From Candidatus Bathyarchaeota archaeon (lineage in GTDB: Archaea; Thermoproteota; Bathyarchaeia; Hecatellales; Hecatellaceae): a stretch of 64,000 nt of DNA. Location: the NCBI GenBank assembly GCA_052246995.1, contig JBQPWD010000005.1, positions 32,001 to 96,000 on the forward strand. Reading direction: 5' to 3'. The position numbers and the translations under genes are program-made. Positions 36,962-47,862 of this stretch are shown here, piece after piece (positions within the stretch are counted from its first letter, which is position 1; each line of letters begins with the position of its first letter). The notes beneath the pieces were generated by a model. It saw only the letters and a program-made list of their open reading frames with translations. It searched no databases and had not been told where the DNA came from.

Positions 36962-37208
36962 TATTCAATCCTCCTAATATAGGTAGTATTCTTTTTTAAT
37001 AAAAAAATATCGTAATTCAAGTTTTAGCTCAAAATTTTGCTGACTACACGCTGCCACATCTAGGTTCATCAAAAAACTTTTAAAACCTTGATTTTTCAGG
37101 TACTTGCTACTTTTCACAACAAAAATAGATTTTAAGAGGTTTATTGTAAGATAACTTTAAGGTTGACCCCGGTAAACAATGAAGTTCTCCTAAAAAATAT
37201 GTCCTAGA

Positions 37209-39170
37209 TTAGATGGGTGAAAGTAAACTCATAAAAATTCTATATACTACTCCACCGAGTGTTATTGCAAAAGCTATTTCAAAAATTGTTATAAGTAAAG
37301 CTTTTTTCCATCCAATCTCTTTCATCAAGGCAGCAATTGTTGATATACATGGTATGTAAAACATGGCTACTACTGTAAAAACAACCATTTGAATAGGGCC
37401 AAATCCTGGGATGCTTGCAAAGTTTGTTGTTCCCAAAAGTGTTGCAAGCATGATGATTGTAAGCTCCTTCCTTAAAACTCCAAATATTAACGTTATTCCT
37501 GCAATCATTGGCAACCCTAACCATGTAACTGTTACTGGGCTTAAAATTAACGCCAACGGTTCAAGCATGCCAAAAACTTCTATAAGTCTAATTGTAAAAC
37601 TTCCAACAACTATTAGAGGGAAGGCTATTTTGACGAATTCAAGCAGCCTAAACCATGTTTGCTTTAAAACAGTTTTTAAATGTGGCAGCTTGTAATCAGG
37701 CATCTCCATGATTAAGGCTGTAGGCTCACCTGGTAAAGCCTTAAACGCCAGTCTTCCAAGGATAAATATTACTGTTAGGTTGAAAATGTAAAGCGTTAAG
37801 GCCCATTCAATACCCAAATACCTACCAACTAAACCAAGAATTATCACTGTGCGGGCTGCACATGGAACAAGTGTTGTAACAAAAACCGCAAGAAGTCTCT
37901 CCCTTTGAGTTTCCATTATTCTACATCCCAAACATGCTGGAACATTACATCCGTAGCCGAGGATTAATGGGATAAAAGCCTTTCCATGCAACCCAATTTT
38001 ATGCATAATGTTGTCCATTAAAAATGCAACTCTACTTAAATAGCCAGAATCCTCTAGAAAGTAGAGGATTATGTAGAATGGAATAATGTATGGTAGTGCA
38101 ATTGTAACGCCAGCAATAACCCCCTCCACAACACCCCATGTTAGTTTACCAGTAACTTCAACGCCAAAAACATTGTAAAGGAGAGTTTCCACACCATAAA
38201 AAGATTCGTTCAAAAATTCTGAAACACATCCTCCTACGGTGAAAATAAAGTAGAATATTAAAAGAAGTGAGGAAGCCATTATAAGGTATCCGGCAACTTT
38301 ATGGGTTGTAATGTTGTGAAGATGTTCCCCAAGCCTCGGTTTAACTGGGGAAATAAGCTTTTGAACCTCTCTAGTAATATAGCCAGCAATTTCATATCGT
38401 TCGGCAGTTACTACTGTTGGACATGCATGTCCATGAAGCTCCTCAACTTCCCTTGAAAGTTTTTTAGCTGTGGCAGCTATTTCAGGGTTAAGACGCATCA
38501 TTTCCCCCTCTATTTCCTCATCACCCTCCAACAGTTTAATTGCAGTATACCTTGAAGGATAGGGGAAAGAAGTGTTTGTAATCATTTTTTCCAGTTTAGT
38601 TATTCTCTCTTCAACCTCTTTTCCAAACTTAAAAGAAGACTTCACCACATTCCTTTTTTCTGCAACCTCGATAGCCTTCTCCAACAGCTTGTAAATTCCC
38701 AACCCCTTTACTGCTACAGTAGGAACCACAGGGATGCCTAAAAGCCTCTCCAGCTTCTTCACGTTAACTTCAATACCCTTTTTTTTAGCCATATCCACCT
38801 GGTTTAACGCTAAAACCATTGGAACCTCCAATTCCATAAGCTGTAATGTAAAGTAGAGGTTTCGTTCAAGAACTGAGGCGTCTACAACGTTTATTACAAC
38901 ATCAGGTTTTTCTTCAACAATATACTTTCTTGAAATCTGCTCTTCAATAGAATACGTGGAAAGTGAATAAATACCAGGTAGGTCAACAATGTCTATCGTG
39001 TAACCTTTAAAGTGAAGTGTTCCTTCAGCCTTCTCCACGGTTTTTCCAGGCCAATTACCAATATGCTGATGCAACCCGGTTAAATAGTTAAATATAACCG
39101 ATTTTCCAACATTTGCGTTCCCTGCTAAAGCAATACGAAGCTTCTTTTCAACCATTTTCCTCAACCTCAA
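37209..39170 (-). CDS. feoB: Ferrous iron transporter FeoB
   Basis: GNANVGKS, GNWPGKTVE, DLPG.YSL, GCNVPA, PCAAR. Confidence 0.96.
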   Translation of the reverse strand: MRLRKMVEKKLRIALAGNANVGKSVIFNYLTGLHQHIGNWPGKTVEKAEGTLHFKGYTIDIVDLPGIYSLSTYSIEEQISRKYIVEEKPDVVINVVDASVLERNLYFTLQLMELEVPMVLALNQVDMAKKKGIEVNVKKLERLLGIPVVPTVAVKGLGIYKLLEKAIEVAEKRNVVKSSFKFGKEVEERITKLEKMITNTSFPYPSRYTAIKLLEGDEEIEGEMMRLNPEIAATAKKLSREVEELHGHACPTVVTAERYEIAGYITREVQKLISPVKPRLGEHLHNITTHKVAGYLIMASSLLLIFYFIFTVGGCVSEFLNESFYGVETLLYNVFGVEVTGKLTWGVVEGVIAGVTIALPYIIPFYIILYFLEDSGYLSRVAFLMDNIMHKIGLHGKAFIPLILGYGCNVPACLGCRIMETQRERLLAVFVTTLVPCAARTVIILGLVGRYLGIEWALTLYIFNLTVIFILGRLAFKALPGEPTALIMEMPDYKLPHLKTVLKQTWFRLLEFVKIAFPLIVVGSFTIRLIEVFGMLEPLALILSPVTVTWLGLPMIAGITLIFGVLRKELTIIMLATLLGTTNFASIPGFGPIQMVVFTVVAMFYIPCISTIAALMKEIGWKKALLITIFEIAFAITLGGVVYRIFMSLLSPI

Positions 39171-39423
39171 CCAGAATCCTCTCAGCTACACCCCTACCAA
39201 GCACAAGCCTAGAACCCCTTACAAGAACCTCAACAGGCCCATGGAATGGTGCTGATTTTACAACTGTAACTTTCACACCTGGTGTTAAACCCATATCCAT
39301 AAGCCTCTTCTCAAACCCCCATCTTCCACCCCTCCTTCCGCCAAAACCAGCTGTAACTACAGAAATTACTGTACCTACTTCCCCATCTCTTAACGCAGTC
39401 AGCGGAACCTTTTTCTTATCCAC
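39148..39423 (-). CDS. feoA: FeoA
   Basis: RL.DMGLTPG..V.V...AP..GP. Confidence 0.95.
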   Translation of the reverse strand: MDKKKVPLTALRDGEVGTVISVVTAGFGGRRGGRWGFEKRLMDMGLTPGVKVTVVKSAPFHGPVEVLVRGSRLVLGRGVAERILVEVEENG

Positions 39424-39437
39424 AAAACCACCAACTT

Positions 39438-40109
39438 TTAACCTAGTTGTTTAACATGTACAATGGATGCCATTAAAGAACTTAAAAAACGGCGACTTCC
39501 CCCAACCATTACCATGACAGAACCATCTACAGGATTTCTCTCTAAAACCTCTATTAAGGCTCCGGGAAAAATTCCTAATCTACTCAGGTGCTGTAGTGTA
39601 TCTCTACCCTCCTCCGTCACTTTTGTAACTATACCACGTGAACCAGCCTTAAGGTCTGTTAAAAGAACTGATTTTTTCTCAACAAACTCCTCACTTTTTG
39701 TTGGAATTGGATTTCCATGAGGACATGTTTTAGGATGTTTTAAAACCTTTTCTAATGGTTTAATTATTTCATCAGTTAAGCTATGTTCAAGTTTACAAGC
39801 CAATTCATGAACTTTTTCCCATTCTATACGAAGAATGTTTACAAGAAAACATTCTGAAAGTCTATGTCTCCTCAAAACTTGAATAGCAATACTACGTCCT
39901 TTTTTTGTGAGTTTAACCCCACGGTAGGGTTGATGGGTAACCAGCCTATTCCTCTCCAACCACCTAACAGTATTTGTAACTGTACCCGGAACAACCTTCA
40001 TCATCTTAACAATGTCTCCGGTTCTAGCCACACCATATTTCTTTTCAAGCCTGTAAATACATTCAAGATACTCCTCAATTATAGGAGAAAACTCCTCGAC
40101 TACAGACAT
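39438..40109 (-). CDS. DtxR/MntR family metal-dependent repressor with FeoA domain
   Basis: EEYLE.IY, RRHRL.E, A..LEH, CPHGNPIP. Confidence 0.93.
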   Translation of the reverse strand: MSVVEEFSPIIEEYLECIYRLEKKYGVARTGDIVKMMKVVPGTVTNTVRWLERNRLVTHQPYRGVKLTKKGRSIAIQVLRRHRLSECFLVNILRIEWEKVHELACKLEHSLTDEIIKPLEKVLKHPKTCPHGNPIPTKSEEFVEKKSVLLTDLKAGSRGIVTKVTEEGRDTLQHLSRLGIFPGALIEVLERNPVDGSVMVMVGGSRRFLSSLMASIVHVKQLG

Positions 40110-40335
40110 TTATACGAACACCAAAAAATAATTTTACGATAACTCGTTATTAACTTTTCAGTTTTACCCTACTAATCATCAACAAAGTTTAACAGCAACT
40201 ACCTGGTATTTTCAGGCTGGATAAACTTAACCCTACACTTTAAAAAAGGATTTTTTATAAAAACTTGGAAAAAATTTTATCCTTATCAATGTATACTTGC
40301 CAACACCAACCGTAAACACGTAAAATGTTAAACTT

Positions 40336-41217
40336 TTATAGGGGGATGTATTCTCTTGGTACAACCACTTTCACGGTTACAGCTGGATTGACAATTTGAC
40401 ATATCCTTACATCTCCAGCTACACTAATCAACATAGCGGCATCCATATAATCCATGCCGCAAGTTTTCTCAATTAGTTTGGCCATGTCATCCAAGGCTAT
40501 CCTAACCGCTTCATCCAAGCTTTTAGCTGACACCATGTTCATTACGTAATCCTTTGTTACCAGTAAAGGCCAGTCTATTAATGGTTTATCTACTACATTA
40601 CATCTTAAGGTAGCCACACCGGAAACTTCTACACCACTCAATAAACTCTCCCCGTCACCCATTGCTGCATGAAAATCGCCAACACCCAGTAGGGCTCCTT
40701 TGACAAATATGGGGAGGTATAGTGTAGACCCTTCTTTAAGCATGTTATTATCCATGTTACCGCCATGTCTACCTGGAACACCAGTAGGTATTTCTTCAGG
40801 GGGTGGTGGTGCTACACCTATCCTACCAATATGTGGATTTAACCGTATTTTTATTCGACTGTTAAAGTATACATAGTCTTTATCAACCTTAACTATCTTT
40901 TTAAATGTTTTAGAAACCTTGTTGGCAAATCCACCTTTACCCGGTACCGCCACTATTACACCATTATCACCAGTAACCTCTACTTTAAGAACATCTATTT
41001 TTAAGATAAACCCTGGTTCAGCCCCATTTACGAATATAGGGCCAGTTACAGCATTTAAAACGTCTTCTTTCTCTGACAATATTACATCAAATTCTTTCCT
41101 ACCTAAGAAACGTTCATGTGTCTCAACTTGAAACTTCTCATCTTGACCTACAAATAAAGCTGGCGGTTTTGATGTGCCATACGTGTACATTAACCAATCC
41201 TTACTACACACCTTCAT
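40336..41217 (-). CDS. Acetamidase/formamidase family
   Basis: TGPI.V.GAEPG, GGNMD, GD.HA.MGDGE. Confidence 0.92.
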   Translation of the reverse strand: MKVCSKDWLMYTYGTSKPPALFVGQDEKFQVETHERFLGRKEFDVILSEKEDVLNAVTGPIFVNGAEPGFILKIDVLKVEVTGDNGVIVAVPGKGGFANKVSKTFKKIVKVDKDYVYFNSRIKIRLNPHIGRIGVAPPPPEEIPTGVPGRHGGNMDNNMLKEGSTLYLPIFVKGALLGVGDFHAAMGDGESLLSGVEVSGVATLRCNVVDKPLIDWPLLVTKDYVMNMVSAKSLDEAVRIALDDMAKLIEKTCGMDYMDAAMLISVAGDVRICQIVNPAVTVKVVVPREYIPL

Positions 41218-41410
41218 CTTTATCCCACTAAAAAAATTAAGGAAAAGGTTTAAAGCCTTATCTTTCTTTGGACTTCAGCTTGAAAGATTAAGTTAATTTC
41301 TACTAGGGTGCCAAGAAACTTTTCCAGCTGGGGAACATGGTTAAAGTTGCAGGTGAAAAATTTAGATAACAGAGTTAAAACCATGTTTTTAACAAGCTTG
41401 GCGGGTAATA

Positions 41411-42742
41411 GTGAGGCTGAAGAGCGTGGTTTATGGTTGTGTTGGATGGAAAACTAGAAGGTCTCTTAAAACTGTTAGGCTGGTTGTTTTTGTTATTCTT
41501 TCTATAACCTACTTTTTTTCTATGCTTCATAGATTTTCACCAGCAGTTGTTTCACTTGAAATAATGAGGGAGTTTGATGTAAGTGCAGTGGCTTTAGGTG
41601 TGTTATCCTCCGCCTACTTTTACTCTTATGCTTTACTTCAAATTCCAGTAGGGCTTCTTGCAGATTCTGTTGGACCAAGAAAAACAGTTTCACTTTTTAT
41701 TCTTCTTGCTTCATTTGGAACCTTAATTTTTGCCACCGCAAAAACTTTTGAACTTGCAGTTTTAGGTAGACTTCTTATAGGTGTTGGTGTTTCTGTTGTT
41801 TGGGTTTGTACAATAAAAATTATCAGTAAATGGTTTAAAAAAGAAGAGTTTGCAACTTTTAACGGAGTATTTAACACTATTGGAAATATTGGGGCTGTTG
41901 GTGCTGCTGCGCCTTTAGCTTTTCTTACCCTTTATTTTGGTTGGAGAAACAGCTTTCTTTTAATAGCATGTATAACTTTTTTTCTTGCTTTAACAGTATG
42001 GTTTTTTGTTAAAGATGACCCTACCCAGATAGGTTTAACGCCAGTTGTTAAAGAGGAGGAAGAAAAACATCTTTCTCCAATTGTTAACAAGATAAACCTG
42101 GTTCAAGGGTTAAAACTGGTTCTTTCCTCCAAAAATCTTTGGGTTGTTGGTTTTACTCTTCTTGTTTGGTATGGAGTTCTTGTTAATTTTCAGGGACTTT
42201 GGAGTATACCTTACCTAATCCAAGTTTATGGTTATAGCAGGTCTGATGCAAGCTACCTTGTAACTTTAATTCCTGTAGGTGTTTGTGTTGGAGCTCCTTT
42301 ATGGGGATACCTTTCGGACAAAATTTTTAAAATTAGAAAACCAATCTACGTTTTAGGCTACTTAAGCTACACCTTAACTTGGATTGTTTTTGTTTTTCTC
42401 AAAAACATTCCAAAAGAAATTTTTTACATAATTTTTTTCATGTTTGGCTTTTTTACCGGAGCAATAATAGTTTCAATTGCTTTACTTAGAGAGTTTTTCC
42501 CTGAACATTTGGTTGGAACCGTTATGGGCTGTATAAACATTTTCCCGTTTATCGGTGTAGGGATTTTTCAACCTTTAACAGGCTACATTCTAGACCAAGC
42601 AGGACCTGTAAAAATTGTTGAAGATGTTAAACTTTATCCTCCTCAAGCCTATCAAACAGCATTTACAGTTTGTATTTTTCTACTTATAATAGCAACATTA
42701 ACAACAATATTCTCCCAAGAAAAGCCTCAGAGTGATACATGA
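41411..42742 (+). CDS. MFS transporter
   Basis: G.LAD..GPR, 12 TM. Confidence 0.92.
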   Translation: MRLKSVVYGCVGWKTRRSLKTVRLVVFVILSITYFFSMLHRFSPAVVSLEIMREFDVSAVALGVLSSAYFYSYALLQIPVGLLADSVGPRKTVSLFILLASFGTLIFATAKTFELAVLGRLLIGVGVSVVWVCTIKIISKWFKKEEFATFNGVFNTIGNIGAVGAAAPLAFLTLYFGWRNSFLLIACITFFLALTVWFFVKDDPTQIGLTPVVKEEEEKHLSPIVNKINLVQGLKLVLSSKNLWVVGFTLLVWYGVLVNFQGLWSIPYLIQVYGYSRSDASYLVTLIPVGVCVGAPLWGYLSDKIFKIRKPIYVLGYLSYTLTWIVFVFLKNIPKEIFYIIFFMFGFFTGAIIVSIALLREFFPEHLVGTVMGCINIFPFIGVGIFQPLTGYILDQAGPVKIVEDVKLYPPQAYQTAFTVCIFLLIIATLTTIFSQEKPQSDT

Positions 42743-42932
42743 CTGTGCATTCAAACAAAACTGTTAAAACACTTTCTAAAAGAATTTTTAAAGAAAGGGT
42801 TTAAAAATGTTAAAGGAAAGTTTGATCAAGACTACATGATGAAATTAGCTTTAGAAAAAACGGCTGATCCTGTAAGGAATATACAGCTTTTCCTCTTAAA
42901 GTTGAGAAGGCGTTAAAAATAAAAAAAATCTT

Positions 42933-44951
42933 TTAGGGTTGTAAAGCCTTCGTATGGTATCTATATGCCCTAATTTCAGAGGCTATTGCGAAAAAGGAAA
43001 TACCCCCAGCTACGGCAGCCATTGCATAGATTACATGCAACGGTAACAATGGCCGTAGTAGGAATATGATGAAGGCTAATACTCCAAGCATCAACCTTAC
43101 AACCATGTAAATCGTTTTTACCTTGGTATAGTCTTCTAAAGACTTTATACCATAAATGCTTATTGGCAGGGAGATTGAGGCGGCTAGTAGCAACAGAAAT
43201 ACTATGGGTGTTTCCCAAGACCATACCAACAACTCTGGCCATATAAAAAATGAGAGACATATCAGAAATAGTGGAAGACCTATTTTCATAGATTCAAACG
43301 AAATTGCACCAAAATTTTCCTCAGCTATTTTTGCAGCTGTTGCACATGCTATTGCAACGGGTGGTGTTATCGCAGATAACACCGCAACCCAGAATATGAA
43401 AAAGTGTACAACCAGCGGGATAGCACCCAACATGGCGAAAGGTACTACCGCTACTGCTATTGCTATGACGTACACACCTGTGGCAGAAACTCCAAACCCA
43501 AGAATAGTGGTAATAAACCATGTGACAAGTATCAGTAGCATTAGGTTGTAACCTACAGCATGTGTAAGACCCATAGACCATTTTACAGCCATCCCGGTGA
43601 CGGTTAAAACTCCTGTAACTATATTTATTGTAGCCAACATAACTCCGGAGCTTGCCGCCAACGAACCACCCTCTTCAACGGTGGTGACAACACGGTTTAC
43701 AAAGTCCCTAATATATTCCTTAAAGCTCCTGCCTTCTGAAGGTTTCTTAAACACTACAAAGTAATTGTAGATGAAGGTAAAAGGTACATAGGTTATAAGA
43801 GTGTAGAAACATGCAAGCAGCGGATCCAGCCCAAAGTAAGCCATTAAGAATATTAATATTGCTAAAGCAAGAAAAAACGGTGTACCTGTTTTAACAAAAT
43901 CTTTAACCTTTGTAGGAGGCATTTCCCTCATAAATGCTTGAGCCTTTTGCAAGTTTAAGTATCTGCGGGTTATGCAAAATACGGCGATGGATGTAGTTAA
44001 GTAGTAAAGTATGGCTGGAGCTACAGCCACAACGCATATAAATATATATGGCTGCCCGAGTACGGCAGCCATTATAAAGGCTGCTGCACCCATCACAGGC
44101 GGAACTATTAAACCGCCGCTGGAGGCCACACTCTCTATTGCTGCTGCAAATTTTGCCGGTACTCCAATACGCTTGTTCATGGGTATGGTGAAAACTCCTG
44201 TTCCCGCAACGTTTGCAGGTGCACTACCACTAAACATGCCAAAAAGACCGCTCATTACAACTCCTGTTTGGGGTACTAGGTAGGGACTTCTGGTAACCAT
44301 GTATCTTGCTAGGTTAAAGAGAGTGTCATAGCCTCCCAAAGCTCTAAGAAAGGCTGCAAGTATTACAAATGCAGAAATCCATGTAAACGCAATTTGCGTG
44401 AGAGTGCCAAAAATACCGATGGGTAGGTCTGCTGAAAGAGACCTGAAGAGGACTTGGAGGCTTAATCCACCATGACGTAAACCTTCTATTGGTATGTAGG
44501 GGCCAATATATGCATATATCATGAAAGCTAAAGCCACTATGACCAGCCATTTTTCAACATCCTTTCTACAACATTCAAGCACTATAACTATAGCAATTGC
44601 ACCTAAAACTATGTCATAGATGTTTCCTACACCCATTCTATAGTAGCTGATGACAAAGTACTCCATGAAGAAGTATACGCCACTTACAGCTATGAGTACT
44701 ATAAGTATAGAAGCCAGCAATCTGTTTACAAGTAGACTTTTTAAACCAAATAACCTGTTACGACCCATAATTGAGTGGAACAGCAGTATAATGCATGAAA
44801 GCATTAAATACAGTGTAACTGCCCTCTCCTTCTCTATGGCAAGAGACCCAGCATACCACATAACGTAGCATATTATTGCTATACAGAAAGCTAGGTATAG
44901 GCCTCTCAACTTCGACATTTTATTGCTTGTTCCGCCGCTCATCTTACTCAC
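42933..44951 (-). CDS. TRAP (TAXI-type) fused 4TM/12TM permease
   Basis: SGSA.ANVA.TG.FTIP, ASSGG.I.PPVMGAAAF, TPPVA. Confidence 0.92.
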   Translation of the reverse strand: MSKMSGGTSNKMSKLRGLYLAFCIAIICYVMWYAGSLAIEKERAVTLYLMLSCIILLFHSIMGRNRLFGLKSLLVNRLLASILIVLIAVSGVYFFMEYFVISYYRMGVGNIYDIVLGAIAIVIVLECCRKDVEKWLVIVALAFMIYAYIGPYIPIEGLRHGGLSLQVLFRSLSADLPIGIFGTLTQIAFTWISAFVILAAFLRALGGYDTLFNLARYMVTRSPYLVPQTGVVMSGLFGMFSGSAPANVAGTGVFTIPMNKRIGVPAKFAAAIESVASSGGLIVPPVMGAAAFIMAAVLGQPYIFICVVAVAPAILYYLTTSIAVFCITRRYLNLQKAQAFMREMPPTKVKDFVKTGTPFFLALAILIFLMAYFGLDPLLACFYTLITYVPFTFIYNYFVVFKKPSEGRSFKEYIRDFVNRVVTTVEEGGSLAASSGVMLATINIVTGVLTVTGMAVKWSMGLTHAVGYNLMLLILVTWFITTILGFGVSATGVYVIAIAVAVVPFAMLGAIPLVVHFFIFWVAVLSAITPPVAIACATAAKIAEENFGAISFESMKIGLPLFLICLSFFIWPELLVWSWETPIVFLLLLAASISLPISIYGIKSLEDYTKVKTIYMVVRLMLGVLAFIIFLLRPLLPLHVIYAMAAVAGGISFFAIASEIRAYRYHTKALQP

Positions 44952-44995
44952 CTGCTGGTAAGGGTTGGAAAAAAAAGGTAAATTTTAGTTAGAGT

Positions 44996-46132
44996 TTACT
45001 GCTTAGCTACAAGTATCCCAAGTGCATCAGGGTTGTAGCCATACTCCTTTAAACATTCAGCTACACCAGGGTGTATTGAAACTCCATATTTGGATTGCTT
45101 TTTGAAGCATTCAACGTTAAATGAGAGGAACCAGTCTTTGTAATTCTTGAAGGTTGATAAGGCTTTCTCAAATTCGCTAGCACGCTCTATATGAGTCTTA
45201 AAGAGAAGGTAAACGTGGTCTTTGCTTAGATTTTTGCTACCAACAAGCCCAAATGGCACAGCAATAACGTTAATAGATGTTTTTCCATCTCTTGTCTTAA
45301 CGTTGTATGGGCCTAAATCCATGGTAAATGGTACAAGGTCAGGCGACTTATCCAATATTTTTTTCAACTCGCTTTCAGAAGGCGGCACAGCAACCAGTTT
45401 GTATCCAACTCTTGAAAATGCCTCTGAAACCCATGAAGCAGGACCACCTGGATCTCCATAACCCCAAACAACCTTAACCTTACCTGTAGTTAACGCATCG
45501 GCTGCACCGCTAACATCAAATATCTGGAGGTTGAACATTTTGTCTAGATCCTCAGACTTAACATCAAACAATATTGAAAAAGCTTCTCTAAAAGCCTCAT
45601 GGCTTGCATAGGCTGCTGGAGTTGGATATATCCCCACGGTAGTTCCAAGCTTTTTAAGGTCACTCCAACAAGTAACCTGGTCTTTTAGATCTTCAGTCAC
45701 AAACACAGTATATATAAGTGGATACTCGTAGACGAGAATGGACATTTCATTGTATTTCTGCGCTGTCGCCTTCTCGGGAGCCCATCTTCCAGTTTTTGTA
45801 GCATATTGATATACTATGTTCATTGCGGTGTACCCTATGTCAACCTGCCCAGCATCCCAAGCAGCATGCCCTGCCGCAGCACAACCAGCAACCTGTAACG
45901 TCATCCCGAAATACTCAGGATATGTCCTTTCAACTATGTCAATAGTGGCAGCATTGGCTAAATATCCTACAGAACCGGAGGTACATGAGCCAAGAGTCCA
46001 TGAAACCTTACCCGTAGGCATTGGCCTACCAGGGGGCGTGGCAAGAAAGTAACCAGCAGCAGCCACAACAATTATGACTACAACTATAATAGCTAACGCT
46101 TTCCCACTAATTTTAGGCATAAATCCCACCAC
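44996..46132 (-). CDS. TAXI family TRAP solute receptor
   Basis: N-terminal anchor, GS...GSVGY, IHPG; upstream of fused permease. Confidence 0.85.
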   Translation of the reverse strand: MVGFMPKISGKALAIIVVVIIVVAAAGYFLATPPGRPMPTGKVSWTLGSCTSGSVGYLANAATIDIVERTYPEYFGMTLQVAGCAAAGHAAWDAGQVDIGYTAMNIVYQYATKTGRWAPEKATAQKYNEMSILVYEYPLIYTVFVTEDLKDQVTCWSDLKKLGTTVGIYPTPAAYASHEAFREAFSILFDVKSEDLDKMFNLQIFDVSGAADALTTGKVKVVWGYGDPGGPASWVSEAFSRVGYKLVAVPPSESELKKILDKSPDLVPFTMDLGPYNVKTRDGKTSINVIAVPFGLVGSKNLSKDHVYLLFKTHIERASEFEKALSTFKNYKDWFLSFNVECFKKQSKYGVSIHPGVAECLKEYGYNPDALGILVAKQ

Positions 46133-46227
46133 TTTGAAGAATATTGTTTAGAAAATAAAAAGATTTCCAAAACAAGGTGTGAAAAACGTTTTAAAATTTG
46201 GCGGCTCAAATTTTCCACGCTTTACTC

Positions 46228-46361
46228 TTAAGGCTTTTCAACCGCTAAACATAGGTAGACTTCTCGAGTCCGTGAAAAAGTTTAAAATTACCCCTCACGG
46301 TAAAGACTACTATTCCTCAAGTATTCAAGGCCTTAACAACATGCTAGGTGTAGTGTTTAAA
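46228..46361 (+). pseudogene. Fragment of a third KaiC-like ATPase copy, similar to 24661-24791
   Basis: Nucleotide-level similarity; FQPLN..LLES.KKFKI.PHGKDYYSS.IQ.L.NMLGV.FK. Confidence 0.85.
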
Positions 46362-46537
46362 GGCACCTTAACCTTCAGAATTTCTTCACAGTTGTAAAAA
46401 TTTGCTACTGGTATTATGTTAAAGCGGAACGGGTATGCTTTTTACTTAAATTTTATTATCTTCACATAACCATGCCATATATCCTACAATAACTAGAGGC
46501 AATTTTAATAATAGAAAAAAAATAGAAATTTTAAAGT

Positions 46538-47302
46538 TTAAACCTGCTTTGTCTTTTCAAAGGCTTCGAGCGCCTTTTCTGAGGGTTTGGTTATAAGGCT
46601 GACGATGACGTATACAACTGCCGCTAAGATAACTGGAACCACAGCTGGATGAGTGCCCATGAGAAGTGGAGTATAAACATAGGTGGCAACAACCAAGTAA
46701 ACAAGTCCGACAAGCAGAGAAGCTATAACCCCCTCCTTTGTCCCTCTCTTCCAATACAATCCCAATAATGCTGCAGTTAGTAAAGAATAACCTGGTGAGG
46801 CTACGTAGTCCAACATTCTAGCAATTTCAATGGGGTATGTGTAAGCAAACAAGGTTCCAAAAATGAGTATTACAAACGTTATAATTCTTGTTGCCCAAAT
46901 AAGCTGCACATCTGAGAGTGTTTTAAATTGTTTTATCATATTGTTGGAGGCCAGAGCTGACGCAGTCATTAGCTGAGTGTTGGCGGTGGAAATCGCCGCC
47001 GCTAGGACTGCAAGTATCACAAACATCACGACAGAGAGCGGTGCAAAATTCTTAATAGATACTAATACAGCCGTGTCTGCTGCTTTCCCAGTCAATCCTG
47101 GCGCTAAAATTGGGGCCACCAGATTCCCCCATAGGAAAGCCCCTAAATACACAATAAAACCTCCAACTAATAACCATAGTATCGTAACCCGGAACAAAGT
47201 TTTCTTCTCTCTCATCCCCAATGTTGCTATTAGAACATGTGGCCAGCAGAAGACTGTCAAACCCGCAAAAGCTAATCCAAGCCCAAAAGCTGGTGAAATT
47301 AC
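46538..47302 (-). pseudogene. Sodium:solute symporter, C-terminal half only
   Basis: WPH, LAAAISTAN.QL, GLYWKR.TK.G; frame closed by TGA just upstream of 47302. Confidence 0.8.
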
Positions 47303-47303
47303 T

Positions 47304-47792
47304 CAACCAGGAGTTCCAGGAGAAATTTGTGGTAGGGGACCGCATGTAATGTTAATGTATTACAAAGACCCTGAAAAAACAGAAAAGGCCTTCGCATGTG
47401 GATGGTTCCACAGTGGAGATATCGGAATTATGAATGAAAAGAGGTTCATTGAAGTTGTTGATAGAAAGAAAGACATGATAAAGACTGGAGGGGAAAACGT
47501 TTCAAGTAGAGAGGTTGAGGAAGTTATCTACAAACATCCTGATGTATGGGAGGTTGCTGTTGTAGGGTTACCTCATGAAAAGTGGATAGAGGCTGTAACT
47601 GCCATAGTAACGCCGAAGCCAGGAAGAAAAATAAATCCAGAAGAAATAATTGAGCTTTGTAGAAAAGAGTTGTCTCCATTCAAAGTTCCAAAAGCAGTAA
47701 TTATACTTGATCCTGAAAAACTTCCAAAAACACCTTCAGGAAAAATAATGAAAAGAGAACTCAGGAAGATGTTTAGTGATTATTACCGTTAA
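47304..47792 (+). pseudogene. Acyl-CoA synthetase, C-terminal fragment only
   Basis: GEI..RGP.VM..YY, GWFHSGD.G, DRKKDMIKTGGENV, LPKTPSGKI; no AMP-binding N-terminal part. Confidence 0.85.
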
Positions 47793-47827
47793 TTTTTCTA
47801 TATCACATATTTTTTCTATATCACATA
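47793..47827. repeat. Tandem 17-bp direct repeat upstream of abfD-like gene
   Basis: TTTTTCTATATCACATA at 47793-47809 and 47811-47827. Confidence 0.8.
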
Positions 47828-47862
47828 ATATTTATATATGTTGAATTTGATACTCTTAAATT

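Noticed and set aside
46179-46397. 72-aa independent gene
   Set aside because: It is a copied internal fragment of the KaiC-like gene
46977-47792. 271-aa full-length protein from the ORF track
   Set aside because: N-terminal ~110 aa is antisense of the symporter fragment; only the part after ~47304 is ligase-like
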